Source of the DNA: Acidimicrobiales bacterium
GTDB lineage: Bacteria > Actinomycetota > Acidimicrobiia > Acidimicrobiales > CATQHL01
Direction: 5' to 3'
Assembly (NCBI GenBank): GCA_964291305.2
Contig: OZ219784.1
Location: 103,577 to 167,576, forward strand
DNA length: 64,000 bases
The notes below the pieces were generated by a model. It did not search any database. It worked only from the letters and a program-made list of their open reading frames with translations, and had not been told where the DNA came from. A program made the position numbers and the translations under genes. Shown in pieces: positions 1 through 9,620 of the stretch (within the stretch, counting starts at the first letter, position 1; every line of letters begins with the position of its first letter).

Positions 1-668
1 TTGCGGTTCACCGGGGCCACCGAGGTCATGGCAATACCCGCCGCGCTTATGCGACCGTCTGCGCCTAGCTCCAGATGGGTCGCCACGCCCACGGTGGCGT
101 AGTCGCCGACCTTGCGCTCCAACTTCATGTAAGCCCCACCTGAAGCACCAGAAGGCACCGGGACCTGAACCTCGGTAACCATCTCACCGGGGGCGAGGCT
201 GTTAGTGAAGAAGTCCACGACGAAGTCGCCTATAGGAATGTGACGCTCACCGTCGGGGCCGGTGGCCACCACGGTGGCGCCGGTAGCCAGCAGCACCGAG
301 TTCCAGTCGCCTTCGGGGTCGCAGTGCGCCACCGAGCCGCAGAGCGTGCCCCGGTTACGCACCAGCGGGTCGGCAACCCAGGGGGCAGCGGCGGCGATGG
401 CACCACCGGGCAGATCGGAGGCCACAACGTCAGCGTGACGAACCGTGGCGCCGATCTTCAGGTGCCCGTTGGCCCGCTTCAGGGTGTTCAGCCCGGGAAC
501 CTCGTTGATGTCCACGAGCAGCGCCGGTTCCGCGAAACGCAGCTTCAGCATCGGGATGAGGCTCTGGCCCCCGGCCAGGATGCGGGCGTCCTCACCTCCC
601 TCGACCAGTGCGGTGACGGCTTCGGCCACAGAACGGGCCACCGTCAAGTCAAACGACGGCGGGTACAT
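1..668 (-). CDS. FAD-binding medium subunit of a molybdopterin (xanthine/CO dehydrogenase family) enzyme, CoxM/XdhB-like; 3' end runs off the window
   Basis: Not in the ORF track because no stop lies inside the window. My reverse-strand translation from ATG 668-666 reads MYPPSFDLTVARSVAEAVTALVEGGEDARILAGGQSLIPMLKLRFAEPALLVDINEVPGL..., which carries the AGGQSLIP FAD-binding signature. Confidence 0.75.
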   Translation of the reverse strand, partial: MYPPSFDLTVARSVAEAVTALVEGGEDARILAGGQSLIPMLKLRFAEPALLVDINEVPGLNTLKRANGHLKIGATVRHADVVASDLPGGAIAAAAPWVADPLVRNRGTLCGSVAHCDPEGDWNSVLLATGATVVATGPDGERHIPIGDFVVDFFTNSLAPGEMVTEVQVPVPSGASGGAYMKLERKVGDYATVGVATHLELGADGRISAAGIAMTSVAPVNR

Positions 669-861
669 GGGCATCCCCCTTCGGTGCCCACCAGGGCGGG
701 CGTCGGTGTTCTGTTATTACTCTGGCACTCTGGCCAACCGCAGCTATCGCCGGCCGCCGGCCGAAGAGACAGCCAGTCGCAGAGATAGTAGTCGTTTTAT
801 GTCGGGAGTATCAGCTGCGGCCTAAGGTCCAGGTGGCACCGGCTGATTCGCAGGAGGAAAA

Positions 862-2136
862 ATGGCCCGCTGGCTGAAGACAGGTATCGCCGAAGAAGAA
901 AAGCGCGCCCGCGACGACACGGTTCGGGACACCGTAACCAAAATCCTGGACGACATCGAACGGCGCGGCGACGAGGCGGTGCGAGAGCTGTCAATCCGCT
1001 TCGACGACTGGGACAGGGAAGACTTCCGCCTAAGCCAGGACGAAATTTCTGCCGCGGTCGCTGAGATCCCCGAGGAGACCCTTAATGATGTGCGCTTCGC
1101 TCAGGCGCAGATCCGCAACTTCGCCCAGATTCAGCGGGACTCGCTGCTAGACGTAGAAGCCGAGACGCTGCCGGGGGTAGTCCTAGGCCACCGCAACATC
1201 CCAGTCAGCTCGGTGGGCTGCTACGTGCCGGGGGGCAAGTACCCGCTGGTGGCCTCGGCGCATATGTCTGTCGTCACCGCCAAAGTGGCCGGAGTGGCGC
1301 GCATCGCGACCTGCGCCCCACCCTTTGCCGGTCGACCCGCCGCAGCAATCGTGGCCGCACAACACCTCGGCGGCGCCGATGAGATCTACTGTCTCGGCGG
1401 CGTGCAGGCCATCGGCGCCATGGCGCTGGGTACCTCCTCCATCGCCCCGGTGGACATGCTGGTGGGGCCCGGCAATCCCTTCGTGGCCGAGGCCAAGCGT
1501 CAGCTGTTCGGCCGGGTCGGCATCGACCTGCTGGCCGGGCCAACTGAGACCCTAGTAATCGCAGATGACACCAGCGACGGAGAGATCTGCGCCACCGACC
1601 TGCTAGGCCAGGCCGAGCACGGCCCCACCTCGCCAGCGATACTGCTGACCACCTCCGAGGAGCTAGCCCGGGAGACAATGGCCGAGGTGGAACGCCAACT
1701 AAAGACTTTGCCCACCGGAGAGGTAGCCGGGGCAGCCTGGCGTGACTACGGCCAGGTGATCGTGTGCGACAGCGACGAGGAGATGGTGCGCATTGCCGAC
1801 GAAATCGCCTCTGAGCACGTGCAGGTAATGACCGCGGATCCCGAATGGTTTGCTGAGCGCCTGCAGAACTACGGCTCGCTGTTCCTCGGCGACCGAACCA
1901 ACGTGGCCTACGGCGACAAGGTCATAGGCACTAACCACACGCTGCCCACGCGCCGGGCTGCCCGCTACACGGGTGGACTGTGGGTTGGCAAGTTCCTGAA
2001 GACCTGCACTTACCAGAAGGTGCTCACCGACGAGGCTTCGGTTCTGCTGGGTGAGTACTGCTCTCGGCTTTGCGCCCTGGAGGGCTTCGCCGGACACCAA
2101 GCGCAAGCCGATATCCGGGTAAGACGGCTGTCTTGA
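862..2136 (+). CDS. Histidinol dehydrogenase (HisD) family NAD-dependent dehydrogenase, probably a catabolic paralogue
   Basis: 424-aa ORF with HisD hallmarks [37 protein letters not shown]. Neighbours are catabolic genes, not his genes. Confidence 0.8.
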   Translation: MARWLKTGIAEEEKRARDDTVRDTVTKILDDIERRGDEAVRELSIRFDDWDREDFRLSQDEISAAVAEIPEETLNDVRFAQAQIRNFAQIQRDSLLDVEAETLPGVVLGHRNIPVSSVGCYVPGGKYPLVASAHMSVVTAKVAGVARIATCAPPFAGRPAAAIVAAQHLGGADEIYCLGGVQAIGAMALGTSSIAPVDMLVGPGNPFVAEAKRQLFGRVGIDLLAGPTETLVIADDTSDGEICATDLLGQAEHGPTSPAILLTTSEELARETMAEVERQLKTLPTGEVAGAAWRDYGQVIVCDSDEEMVRIADEIASEHVQVMTADPEWFAERLQNYGSLFLGDRTNVAYGDKVIGTNHTLPTRRAARYTGGLWVGKFLKTCTYQKVLTDEASVLLGEYCSRLCALEGFAGHQAQADIRVRRLS

Positions 2137-2195
2137 ACGACTCCCCGGGCACTGTCTTGAGCAACTCCCCGGACACTATTGCCGGCAACTATGGC

Positions 2196-2939
2196 ATGCG
2201 GCTGGACGGGCGGCGGGCGCTGATAACTGGTGCTGGGCGGGGGATCGGCCTGGCGTGCGCCCAAGCCCTAGCCGCTGCAGGGGCTGAGGTTTCGCTTCTG
2301 AGCCGCACCCGCAGCGAGTTGGAACAAGCCGCAGCCGGTATCCAAGCAGCCGGAGGGCGGGCCGAAGTGCTGGTCTGTGACTGCAGTGACAGCGCCTCGG
2401 TTGCCGAGGTAATCGGCCAAGCCTCGGGGCACTGGGACTTACTGGTCAACAACGCCGGCATCAACCGGCCAGAGAGCTTCCTGGAAGTCACCCGTGAGGC
2501 GTTTGAGGACGTGATGCGCATCAACGTCACCGGGGCCTTCTTCGTGGCGCAGGCAGTGGCCGCCAAGATGGTCGCCGCCGGAGGGGGTGGCAGCATCATC
2601 AACATGTCGTCCCAGATGGGCCACGTGGGCGGGGCGCAGCGCAGCGCCTACTGTGCCAGTAAGCACGCCATGGAAGGCATGACCAAGGCCATGGCCATCG
2701 ACTTGGCACCGCACCAAATCAGGGTCAACACGGTGTGCCCCACGTTCATCCTCACGCCCATGACTGCTGGCTTCCTAGAGGACGAGACGTTCTACGCCGA
2801 CACGCTGGGGCGCATCCCGCTGGGACGTCTCGGCGAACCCCGGGACGTGGCCGGCGCGGTGGTGTTCCTAGCCTCCGACGCTTCGGCCCTAATAACCGGA
2901 TCGGCCCTCAAGGTGGACGGAGGCTGGACCGCCATCTGA
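2196..2939 (+). CDS. Short-chain dehydrogenase/reductase (SDR)
   Basis: ORF track gives 2070..2939. The SDR fold begins at in-frame ATG 2196 (MRLDGRRALITGAGRGIGLA = TGxxxGIG); catalytic YCASK (YxxxK) is present. Confidence 0.85.
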   Translation: MRLDGRRALITGAGRGIGLACAQALAAAGAEVSLLSRTRSELEQAAAGIQAAGGRAEVLVCDCSDSASVAEVIGQASGHWDLLVNNAGINRPESFLEVTREAFEDVMRINVTGAFFVAQAVAAKMVAAGGGGSIINMSSQMGHVGGAQRSAYCASKHAMEGMTKAMAIDLAPHQIRVNTVCPTFILTPMTAGFLEDETFYADTLGRIPLGRLGEPRDVAGAVVFLASDASALITGSALKVDGGWTAI

Positions 2940-2949
2940 CAGCCCGCCG

Positions 2950-3954
2950 CTAGCCCCAGGGCGCAGGAACCGGCAGGTCCGTAACAGATAACAGCCCCGG
3001 CCTAGCAGCCACCACAGCTGGCAACATGTTGACCAGCACCGCCATGGTGGTGAACTGGGGGTTGAAGCCGGGGCGCACCACTGCGTGCAGGTCGGGGTCG
3101 CCACCGATGTCGTAGGAGTCCTCAGGGGCAAGGTCTACCGAAGCCAAGTCCACGTGCCCCAGGAACGTGGCGGTGAACCACTCTTCACCCCCGGAGTAGC
3201 CGGTGGTGACCTGCTTGAAGCCAGCGGATTGGCCAGCTCCGATGGGCACGGCCACAGTGTCGATGGCCGCCTGTGCCGGTATCGGACTAATGGTCTCACT
3301 GACGCGATCCACGCTGCGGCCGAAGCGCCGGGCGAAGGTAGCCATAGTGTGGGGGTATCCGATGTGGCCGTAGATATCTCCAGCAGCCACGCCGGCGGCG
3401 TGTTCGTCGGGGTTGAAGCCCAGACCCAGCCGGCGCTGGACGGTGGCGCTGAAGCGGGAGAGGTCCACCACCCGCCGCACCGAGATGCGATCCACCCGGG
3501 TAGCCGCGCCGGTGAGCGCCAGAGCTAGCACCTCGTAGATGTAGCCCGGGTTGGCGCCGGCTCCTAGCACGGTGACGCCAGCCTGATGGGCTTTGGCGTC
3601 GATCTGGGCCGCGAACTCTGGGTCGATCGCCCAGGGATACGCCATTTCTTCGGCGGTGCACATGACGTTCAGGCCGGCTTCCAGGCCGGCGGCGATGTCT
3701 TCGGCGACCTCGGCGATGAATGAGGTAGTGGCGATCAGCAACACGTCGGCCTTTGTGGCCAGGGCCTCGGCTCGGTCACTAACGGTGACCCCGTTCGGCT
3801 GGCCGGTGGCCAGTTCGCCCAAGTCAGCACCCACGAGGTCGGCGTTGCGGCTAGAGGCGGCCACTACCTGTAGGCCATCACGGGCAGCGGCCAAGCGGGC
3901 CACGTTCCTGCCGACATTACCTACACCGCACAGCACTAGCCGGATATCGCCCAT
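2950..3954 (-). CDS. NAD(P)-binding oxidoreductase (DapB-N / amine dehydrogenase-like family)
   Basis: 334-aa ORF with N-terminal Rossmann motif LVLCGVGNVGRNV. Overall it resembles dihydrodipicolinate-reductase-N-domain proteins; substrate unknown. Confidence 0.55.
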   Translation of the reverse strand: MGDIRLVLCGVGNVGRNVARLAAARDGLQVVAASSRNADLVGADLGELATGQPNGVTVSDRAEALATKADVLLIATTSFIAEVAEDIAAGLEAGLNVMCTAEEMAYPWAIDPEFAAQIDAKAHQAGVTVLGAGANPGYIYEVLALALTGAATRVDRISVRRVVDLSRFSATVQRRLGLGFNPDEHAAGVAAGDIYGHIGYPHTMATFARRFGRSVDRVSETISPIPAQAAIDTVAVPIGAGQSAGFKQVTTGYSGGEEWFTATFLGHVDLASVDLAPEDSYDIGGDPDLHAVVRPGFNPQFTTMAVLVNMLPAVVAARPGLLSVTDLPVPAPWG

Positions 3955-4146
3955 GGTTCACCTCCGCCGGCCAGGTAGATCTACTACCAACCGTGCCATG
4001 CTGTCTTCTAGTTGCCCAAGACTGTCATACCACTCGTGTAAGTTGCAGCCAGGCGTTGACCGGTAGGTTGACCGCGGGAGGTTGAGAGTCAGGTTTCCGC
4101 AGCGCGTCACGGTTGACCAGCACTTAGGGACTGTTTCGGAGGCGGC

Positions 4147-5253
4147 GTGAGCAGACCACAGCGGCGGCGCGAGAGCACCTCCACGTCTAACTTCGGTGTT
4201 GGGCGGCGTGAGGGGCACGACTCCTCTGCCTTTTACAACCGCTTCCCCCCGCCGGAGATCAGCCAGGACTCCCAAGTCGCGCCGGCGGCCTGCCGCGACC
4301 AGCTATGGCAGGGCGACGCCCGCCAGATGGACAGCTATGGCAACATCGCCGACTCTTCGGTGGCGCTGGTGGTCACCTCGCCGCCCTACTACGCCGGCAA
4401 GGAGTACGAGGAAGCCATCGGCGAGAGCCACATCCCGGCCAGCTACATCGACTACTTGGAGATGCTGCATGATGTCTTCGCCGAGTGCGTCCGCAAGCTG
4501 GAGCCCGGCGGGCGGATTGCGGTCAACGTCGCCAACCTGGGTCGCCGGCCGTACCGCTCGCTCTCGGCCGATGTCATCGACATCCTGCAGAACCGCCTGA
4601 AGCTGCTGTTGCGCGGCGAGGTCATCTGGCTCAAAGCTCGGGGCGCTTCGGGCAACTGCGCCTGGGGCTCGTTCCGCAAACCCAGCAACCCGGTGCTGCG
4701 CGATGTCACCGAGCGGGTAGTAATCGCCTCCAAGGGCCGCTTCAACCGGGCCGTACCGCAGAACAAACGAGCTGCTATTGGCCTGCCGTCGGAGAGTTCG
4801 ATCAGCGCTGGGGAGTTCATGGAGGCCACCATGGACATCTGGGAAATCCGCCCGGCCTCCGCTAGGTGGGTGGGACATCCGGCGCCGTTCCCCGTGGAGT
4901 TACCGCAGCGCCTCATCGAGCTGTACACCTACCGCGGTGACCTAGTGCTAGACCCGTTCGTCGGCTCGGGCACAACCGCCCTAGCAGCGGTACGCACCGG
5001 CCGACACTACGTGGGCTTCGACACCGACCCCAACTACATCGCCCTAGCAGAACAACGACTAACAGCCGAACACGACCAAGCCGAAAACGACTACGGGGAC
5101 TGCCGCTACATAGATCTGACAGAACAACCAGTAACCGAACACGACCAAGCCGAAAACGACTACGGGGACTGCCGCTACATAGATCTGACAGAACAACCAG
5201 TAACCGAACACGACGAAGGTGCTCACAACACCGAAGCGGCGGCCGCTCTGTGA
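4147..5253 (+). CDS. Site-specific DNA methyltransferase, beta-class N4/N6 (PF01555-type), probably N4-cytosine
   Basis: 368-aa ORF with GTG start. Motif IV VVTSPPYY precedes motif I LDPFVGSGTTALAA. SPPY rather than DPPY favours m4C (inference). The C-terminus carries a 23-aa exact duplication. Confidence 0.85.
   Translation: MSRPQRRRESTSTSNFGVGRREGHDSSAFYNRFPPPEISQDSQVAPAACRDQLWQGDARQMDSYGNIADSSVALVVTSPPYYAGKEYEEAIGESHIPASYIDYLEMLHDVFAECVRKLEPGGRIAVNVANLGRRPYRSLSADVIDILQNRLKLLLRGEVIWLKARGASGNCAWGSFRKPSNPVLRDVTERVVIASKGRFNRAVPQNKRAAIGLPSESSISAGEFMEATMDIWEIRPASARWVGHPAPFPVELPQRLIELYTYRGDLVLDPFVGSGTTALAAVRTGRHYVGFDTDPNYIALAEQRLTAEHDQAENDYGDCRYIDLTEQPVTEHDQAENDYGDCRYIDLTEQPVTEHDEGAHNTEAAAAL
5068..5205 (+). 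repeat. Perfect 69-bp tandem duplication (x2, plus 9 bp of a third unit) inside the MTase 3' end
   Basis: gaacacgaccaagccgaaaacgactacggggactgccgctacatagatctgacagaacaaccagtaacc occurs at 5068-5136 and again at 5137-5205. It encodes EHDQAENDYGDCRYIDLTEQPVT twice. Confidence 0.95.
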
Positions 5254-5296
5254 AACGACCTTGCGGCGGGCGCTAGCCGGCGGCTGAAGGGGCCAA

Positions 5297-6364
5297 GTGC
5301 CTAACGACCGGACGACACTCAGCGAGTTGGCGACTGCTTTAGGCATCACCGGGTGCGGTTCGCTGCGGGTGGCGCTGACCGAACGGCCCCAAAACATGTG
5401 CATCCGCGACGAATCCTGGGAGAAGCTTCAGCAGATACTGGCCGCCGGCACCTATGAGTACATAGCCCGAGCGGCCTTTGAAAACGGAGCCTTCTTTGCT
5501 GGCCACCCGACAGGGTTAGACGGTCGGACGCCGCGGCAGATCGAATGGAGTGGCGACCGGCGCATTCCCGGTGACCAGGCCATCCCCGCTGACCTGATCG
5601 TCGACCGGGTGTACCTGATTAGCTGCAAATACCTCTCGCAGATCCTGCATAACACAGCCCCGGCGCGACTGTTCGACGACATCCTGGCCCCGTCCTCGCA
5701 GGCTCGCCATACCGACTGGTTCGGAGAAGTAGCAGAGACCCAGCAGCTAGCGCTCTACCACCGCGCTCTGAAACTTTTCGGCCTCGGGGACATGGCCGAC
5801 TCCCCCAGTGAGCTGGACTCCGACCAGCACGCAAAACTCCGGTCCGCCTTCAAGGAGCACGGCGGCCGCGGCATACCCAGCGAACTACGTAGGGAGTACG
5901 ACGAGCTGATCGCCGCCGTCAGTAAGACATCGGCCGAACGATGGCGGCGGGGGCTACGAGAACCAGCCCAGCAGGAGCGCATGCTGTGGCGCCTGCTACG
6001 CATCTACTCCGCTACCTACTACATCTTGGGCATCGACCGGCGGCGGACGATGCGGCTGCGGGTTATGACCCCCTGGGAGTGGCGCAATGCCTTTGAGTTC
6101 CGGTCGTTTGTTATAGAGCCCGACGGCCGCGGGCAGCCGAGGGTGAGCTGGAAGGCCCGCTACGGAGAACGCTCCGGCGGGCGGATAGCCGATGTTCACG
6201 GCCACGTGGAGATCCGCTGGAGCCATGGGCCCTTCTTCCACCCGCCTGAGGCGAAGATCTACCTCGACACCCGCCACGAAGAGGTGCCTGGCTACGTCCC
6301 GCTGGATGGGCACAGCAGAGTTCGACTGCCCGAACAACTCCGTTTACCGCTAAAAGGCATCTGA
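5297..6364 (+). CDS. Hypothetical protein; candidate cognate Type II restriction endonuclease
   Basis: 355-aa ORF starting 44 nt after the MTase on the same strand. No family recognised. Only a weak PD-(D/E)XK-like string (PADLIVDRVYLISCKY). The call rests mainly on position. Confidence 0.4.
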   Translation: MPNDRTTLSELATALGITGCGSLRVALTERPQNMCIRDESWEKLQQILAAGTYEYIARAAFENGAFFAGHPTGLDGRTPRQIEWSGDRRIPGDQAIPADLIVDRVYLISCKYLSQILHNTAPARLFDDILAPSSQARHTDWFGEVAETQQLALYHRALKLFGLGDMADSPSELDSDQHAKLRSAFKEHGGRGIPSELRREYDELIAAVSKTSAERWRRGLREPAQQERMLWRLLRIYSATYYILGIDRRRTMRLRVMTPWEWRNAFEFRSFVIEPDGRGQPRVSWKARYGERSGGRIADVHGHVEIRWSHGPFFHPPEAKIYLDTRHEEVPGYVPLDGHSRVRLPEQLRLPLKGI

Positions 6365-6446
6365 CCATATACAGGACAAGGTAGGCACCACCCAGGCCCA
6401 GGTGACTGAACCGCTTACCGCTAAAAGGCATCTGACCAGATACAGG
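6344..6446 (+). repeat. 32-bp direct repeat x2, 71-bp period, overlapping the stop codon of the 5297..6364 gene
   Basis: ttaccgctaaaaggcatctgaccaTatacagg at 6344-6375 and ttaccgctaaaaggcatctgaccaGatacagg at 6415-6446. The following bases are also partly similar (ggcaccac/ggcaccaac). Confidence 0.9.
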
Positions 6447-6485
6447 GGCACCAACAGGCCGCCGGACAACCGGTTCCCCGGGTCA

Positions 6486-7217
6486 CTAGGGACAGGGGCT
6501 GCGCAAAGGTAGTTCGGCCACCTGCGCCAGCAAGACCCCGACTTCGCTGGCACGCACGGCGTAGCCCACGTTTGGGCGGAAACGCGAGGTGGCGAACACC
6601 ACCCCCACCACGATCCCGTCGCCGTTTAGCACCGCAGCCCCGGAGTCTCCGTAGCGGCCCTCGAAGCTCAACTCCAACCCTCGACGGGAAACCCGAGCGG
6701 TGCGGTAAACGTCCTGGATATTGACTCGGATGCGACGGACAAACTCGACTGGCTTGGGGTTGAACTGGCCGCCGGCGGCCATCGCCGCCACGATGCCGCC
6801 GCTACCGGCAGGCGCCAGGGCAACCGAGTCGCCGGCAGCTAGCTGCACCGGGTCGGCGCCGAGTCCTGGAACGCGCACCGCCGCCAAGTCGAGCGCCGAG
6901 TCCAGCGCTACTACGAAGCCGTTCCGGCTGCGACCGGCGGAGTCAGTAACCGTCACCCGGCGGCGGCCGGCAACGGGATGCGCGGCCGTCACTACTAGGT
7001 CATCAACCACGGCGAACCCGCTGGCAAGCGACATGCCGCCGCACTCGGCCGCCGAGACCGTGACGAACGGCCCAACAGCCCTCGGCGCGCCAAGTGCCCC
7101 CCACAAAGTCAGCCCCAGCGCCAACCCCACAGCAGCTAACAACGCCCACCACCGCAGCGGCCTCGTCGACGAACTACCGCTGACCGATCTGCTTGATCGC
7201 CCCAAGGGGATCAACAC
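6486..7217 (-). CDS. Membrane-anchored trypsin-like (S1) serine protease
   Basis: 243-aa ORF with N-terminal TM helix WWALLAAVGLALGLTLWGAL. Catalytic contexts VVTAAHP, LDLAAV and GDSGAAV are present. Confidence 0.8.
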   Translation of the reverse strand: MLIPLGRSSRSVSGSSSTRPLRWWALLAAVGLALGLTLWGALGAPRAVGPFVTVSAAECGGMSLASGFAVVDDLVVTAAHPVAGRRRVTVTDSAGRSRNGFVVALDSALDLAAVRVPGLGADPVQLAAGDSVALAPAGSGGIVAAMAAGGQFNPKPVEFVRRIRVNIQDVYRTARVSRRGLELSFEGRYGDSGAAVLNGDGIVVGVVFATSRFRPNVGYAVRASEVGVLLAQVAELPLRSPCP

Positions 7218-7297
7218 CCACCCGACACTACCTGCGACTCTCGCGCTAGAGGGCGGCTAGCTTGTGGCGGATTCTGTTGCCCACCTGAGGAAGGCCG

Positions 7298-8263
7298 ATG
7301 CAACCCGGACCTATAGATATCCATGCCCACGTGCTGCCCCAGAACTGCCTTGCCATCCCCACCGCCGGCGGCGAGCTGCAGTTGCGGGAGGTAAACGGCG
7401 AACTGCACCTAGGCGACCTTTCGCTGTCCATCCGCACGGCGACCATGTTCGACCTGGACATGATCATTACGGACATGGATACCTACGGCGTGGCAGTTCG
7501 GGCCATGTCGCCGCCGCCTTTCACCTTCGCCCTCGACGCCCCCGCCGACCGGGCGGCCGCCTTCGTGGCCTCGGTAAACGACGGCCTAGTAGCACTCTGT
7601 GAGCAAGCCCCGGAACGGCTGCGCGGCCTGGGGTCGCTGCCGCTGGCCGACCTGGATGCGGCAATGGCCGAGCTTCGCCGCCTAGCTGAGATCGACTGGG
7701 TGCGTGGCGTCACCGTGCCCCCGCTGGTGAACGGTGTCTCCTTTGAGGCCGACCCGCTGGGGACCATCCTGCGGGAGGCACACCGGCTCAACATGTGCAT
7801 GATCGTGCATCCCATGCAGTTGCCAGCTCCAGGTTTGAGCCACCACTACCTCATCAACCTGCTTGGCAACCCCACCGAGACGGCGGCGGCCATTGGGGGG
7901 GTGATCCTCTCTGGGCTAGCCGACGAACTGAACGACCTGCGGCTGGCGTTCCTGCACGGCGCTGGTTGCGCTCCCGGAGTGCTCGGCCGCTGGGATCACG
8001 GCTGGTCGGCCCGTCCCGACGTGTCGGCCGACTGCGCTCGGCGTCCCAGTGAGGTGTTCGCCGACCGCATCTGGGCAGACAACTTGACCCACAGCCCTGC
8101 CCACCTGCGATTCCTGGCCTCGGTGACCGGCGCCGAACGGCTGGTTCTGGGCTCGGACTACCCCTTCGACATGGCAGCCAAGGATCCAGTGGGCGCCGCC
8201 GAAGCGGCCGGACTAGAGGTTGAGCAACTCACCCAAAACGCGCTCAGATTCCTGGGCTATTGA
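7298..8263 (+). CDS. Amidohydrolase-2 family metal-dependent hydrolase/decarboxylase (ACMSD-like)
   Basis: 321-aa ORF with N-terminal IDIHAHV metal-binding motif and C-terminal LVLGSDYPFD. Confidence 0.75.
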   Translation: MQPGPIDIHAHVLPQNCLAIPTAGGELQLREVNGELHLGDLSLSIRTATMFDLDMIITDMDTYGVAVRAMSPPPFTFALDAPADRAAAFVASVNDGLVALCEQAPERLRGLGSLPLADLDAAMAELRRLAEIDWVRGVTVPPLVNGVSFEADPLGTILREAHRLNMCMIVHPMQLPAPGLSHHYLINLLGNPTETAAAIGGVILSGLADELNDLRLAFLHGAGCAPGVLGRWDHGWSARPDVSADCARRPSEVFADRIWADNLTHSPAHLRFLASVTGAERLVLGSDYPFDMAAKDPVGAAEAAGLEVEQLTQNALRFLGY

Positions 8264-8346
8264 AAGAACTTCAAAGCTACTAAATTGACCCTCGTGGGCA
8301 TCTGAATCTCAGACAGCCGCCCAGAGCAAGTCTAGAGGAGACCACC

Positions 8347-9582
8347 ATGAAGGAAGCGTTCGGCGTTCTCGGCACGGACTGGCGTGAAGGCATCAACTGG
8401 CAGGAGGTGCGGGAATGGCGGCTACGAAGGGCGCGGGAGGCCATGGCCCGCCACGAACTAGGCGCCATGTTGCTGATGTACGACGAGAACATCCGCTACG
8501 TCACCTCCACGCTGACGCCGGGCTGGAACCAGCTCAAGCCGGGCCTGCGCTACGCCGTGCTGGTGGAGGGTCGAGAGCCCATCATCTACGAGCAGGGTGA
8601 CATCGGCTATCACCTGCGCGAGCACTCGCCGTGGATTCCCAAGGAGAACGTGCGCTACTCCTACGCCTGGATCAAGGGAGCGGCCGGGCCAGCAGCCACC
8701 TCACAGGTGCAGAAGTTCACCAACGCCCTCATGGCCGACCTAGAAGAAGCCGGCGTGCAGGACAAACCCCTCGGGGTGGACTTCATGGACCTCAACATGA
8801 TCAGAGTCTTCGAGGAACGGGGCATCAACTGGACCGACGGCATGACCCCCATGATGGAGGCCCGAGCCATCAAGAGCCCCAACGAGCAGAAGGCCATGCG
8901 AATGGTGGGCTCTATCTGTGACGTGGTCCACTACCAGTTCAGCCAGTTTCTGCAGCCTGGCGTGACCGAGAACGAGGTAACCGCCTTCGGCATGGAGCAG
9001 CTCTACAACATCCCGGGCATGGAGAACGTGGAGGACGTGATCGTGTCCTCGGGCCCTAACGCCTGGCCCAACTGGCGCAACCACGGCGACCGAATCATCC
9101 GCCCCGGAGAGTTAGTCATCATCGACCTGGCAGCGCTCACCTGGAACGGCTTCAAGTCCTGCGTGTACCGCACATACTGCGTGGGCGGCAAGCCCACCGA
9201 CGAGCACAAGCGCTACTACGACCTGGCGTTGAAGTGGTTGAACGACTCCATCGAGGCGACCCGTCCCGGGGTGACCACCGCCGACATCGCCTCGGTCTGG
9301 CCCTCGGCTAAGGAGATCTGGGGCTACGAGGAGGAGGACGAGGCAGCCGCCAACCTGTGGGGCCACGGCCTAGGTCTGGCGCAGTACGACATCCCGGTAA
9401 TCTCCCGAATCTGGTCGTTGGATCACCCCGTGGAGATCCAGCCGGGCATGGTATTTGCACTCGAGACCCAGCACGGCAAGCTGCACGAGTTCGGCGTGCG
9501 CCTAGAGGAAATGCTGATCGTCAACGAAACCGGCGTTGAGATGATCTCGACGCCTGCTCCGGAGATCATCGCCGTCGGCTGA
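8347..9582 (+). CDS. M24 family (creatinase / Xaa-Pro peptidase-like) hydrolase
   Basis: 411-aa ORF with a creatinase-type N-domain followed by pita-bread fold strings VIIDLAA, WGHGLGL, VFALETQ. Some metal ligands look substituted. Confidence 0.7.
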   Translation: MKEAFGVLGTDWREGINWQEVREWRLRRAREAMARHELGAMLLMYDENIRYVTSTLTPGWNQLKPGLRYAVLVEGREPIIYEQGDIGYHLREHSPWIPKENVRYSYAWIKGAAGPAATSQVQKFTNALMADLEEAGVQDKPLGVDFMDLNMIRVFEERGINWTDGMTPMMEARAIKSPNEQKAMRMVGSICDVVHYQFSQFLQPGVTENEVTAFGMEQLYNIPGMENVEDVIVSSGPNAWPNWRNHGDRIIRPGELVIIDLAALTWNGFKSCVYRTYCVGGKPTDEHKRYYDLALKWLNDSIEATRPGVTTADIASVWPSAKEIWGYEEEDEAAANLWGHGLGLAQYDIPVISRIWSLDHPVEIQPGMVFALETQHGKLHEFGVRLEEMLIVNETGVEMISTPAPEIIAVG

Positions 9583-9620
9583 AAGCAGTCCGGGCGCGGT
9601 TAGCAGTTAGTCGCACAGAG

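Noticed and set aside
240-825. Plus-strand ORFs 240..788 and 445..825
   Set aside because: They lie antisense to a clearly recognisable CoxM-like gene (1..668, minus). Their translations are low-complexity Arg/Gly/Pro-rich, typical of shadow ORFs in high-G+C DNA.
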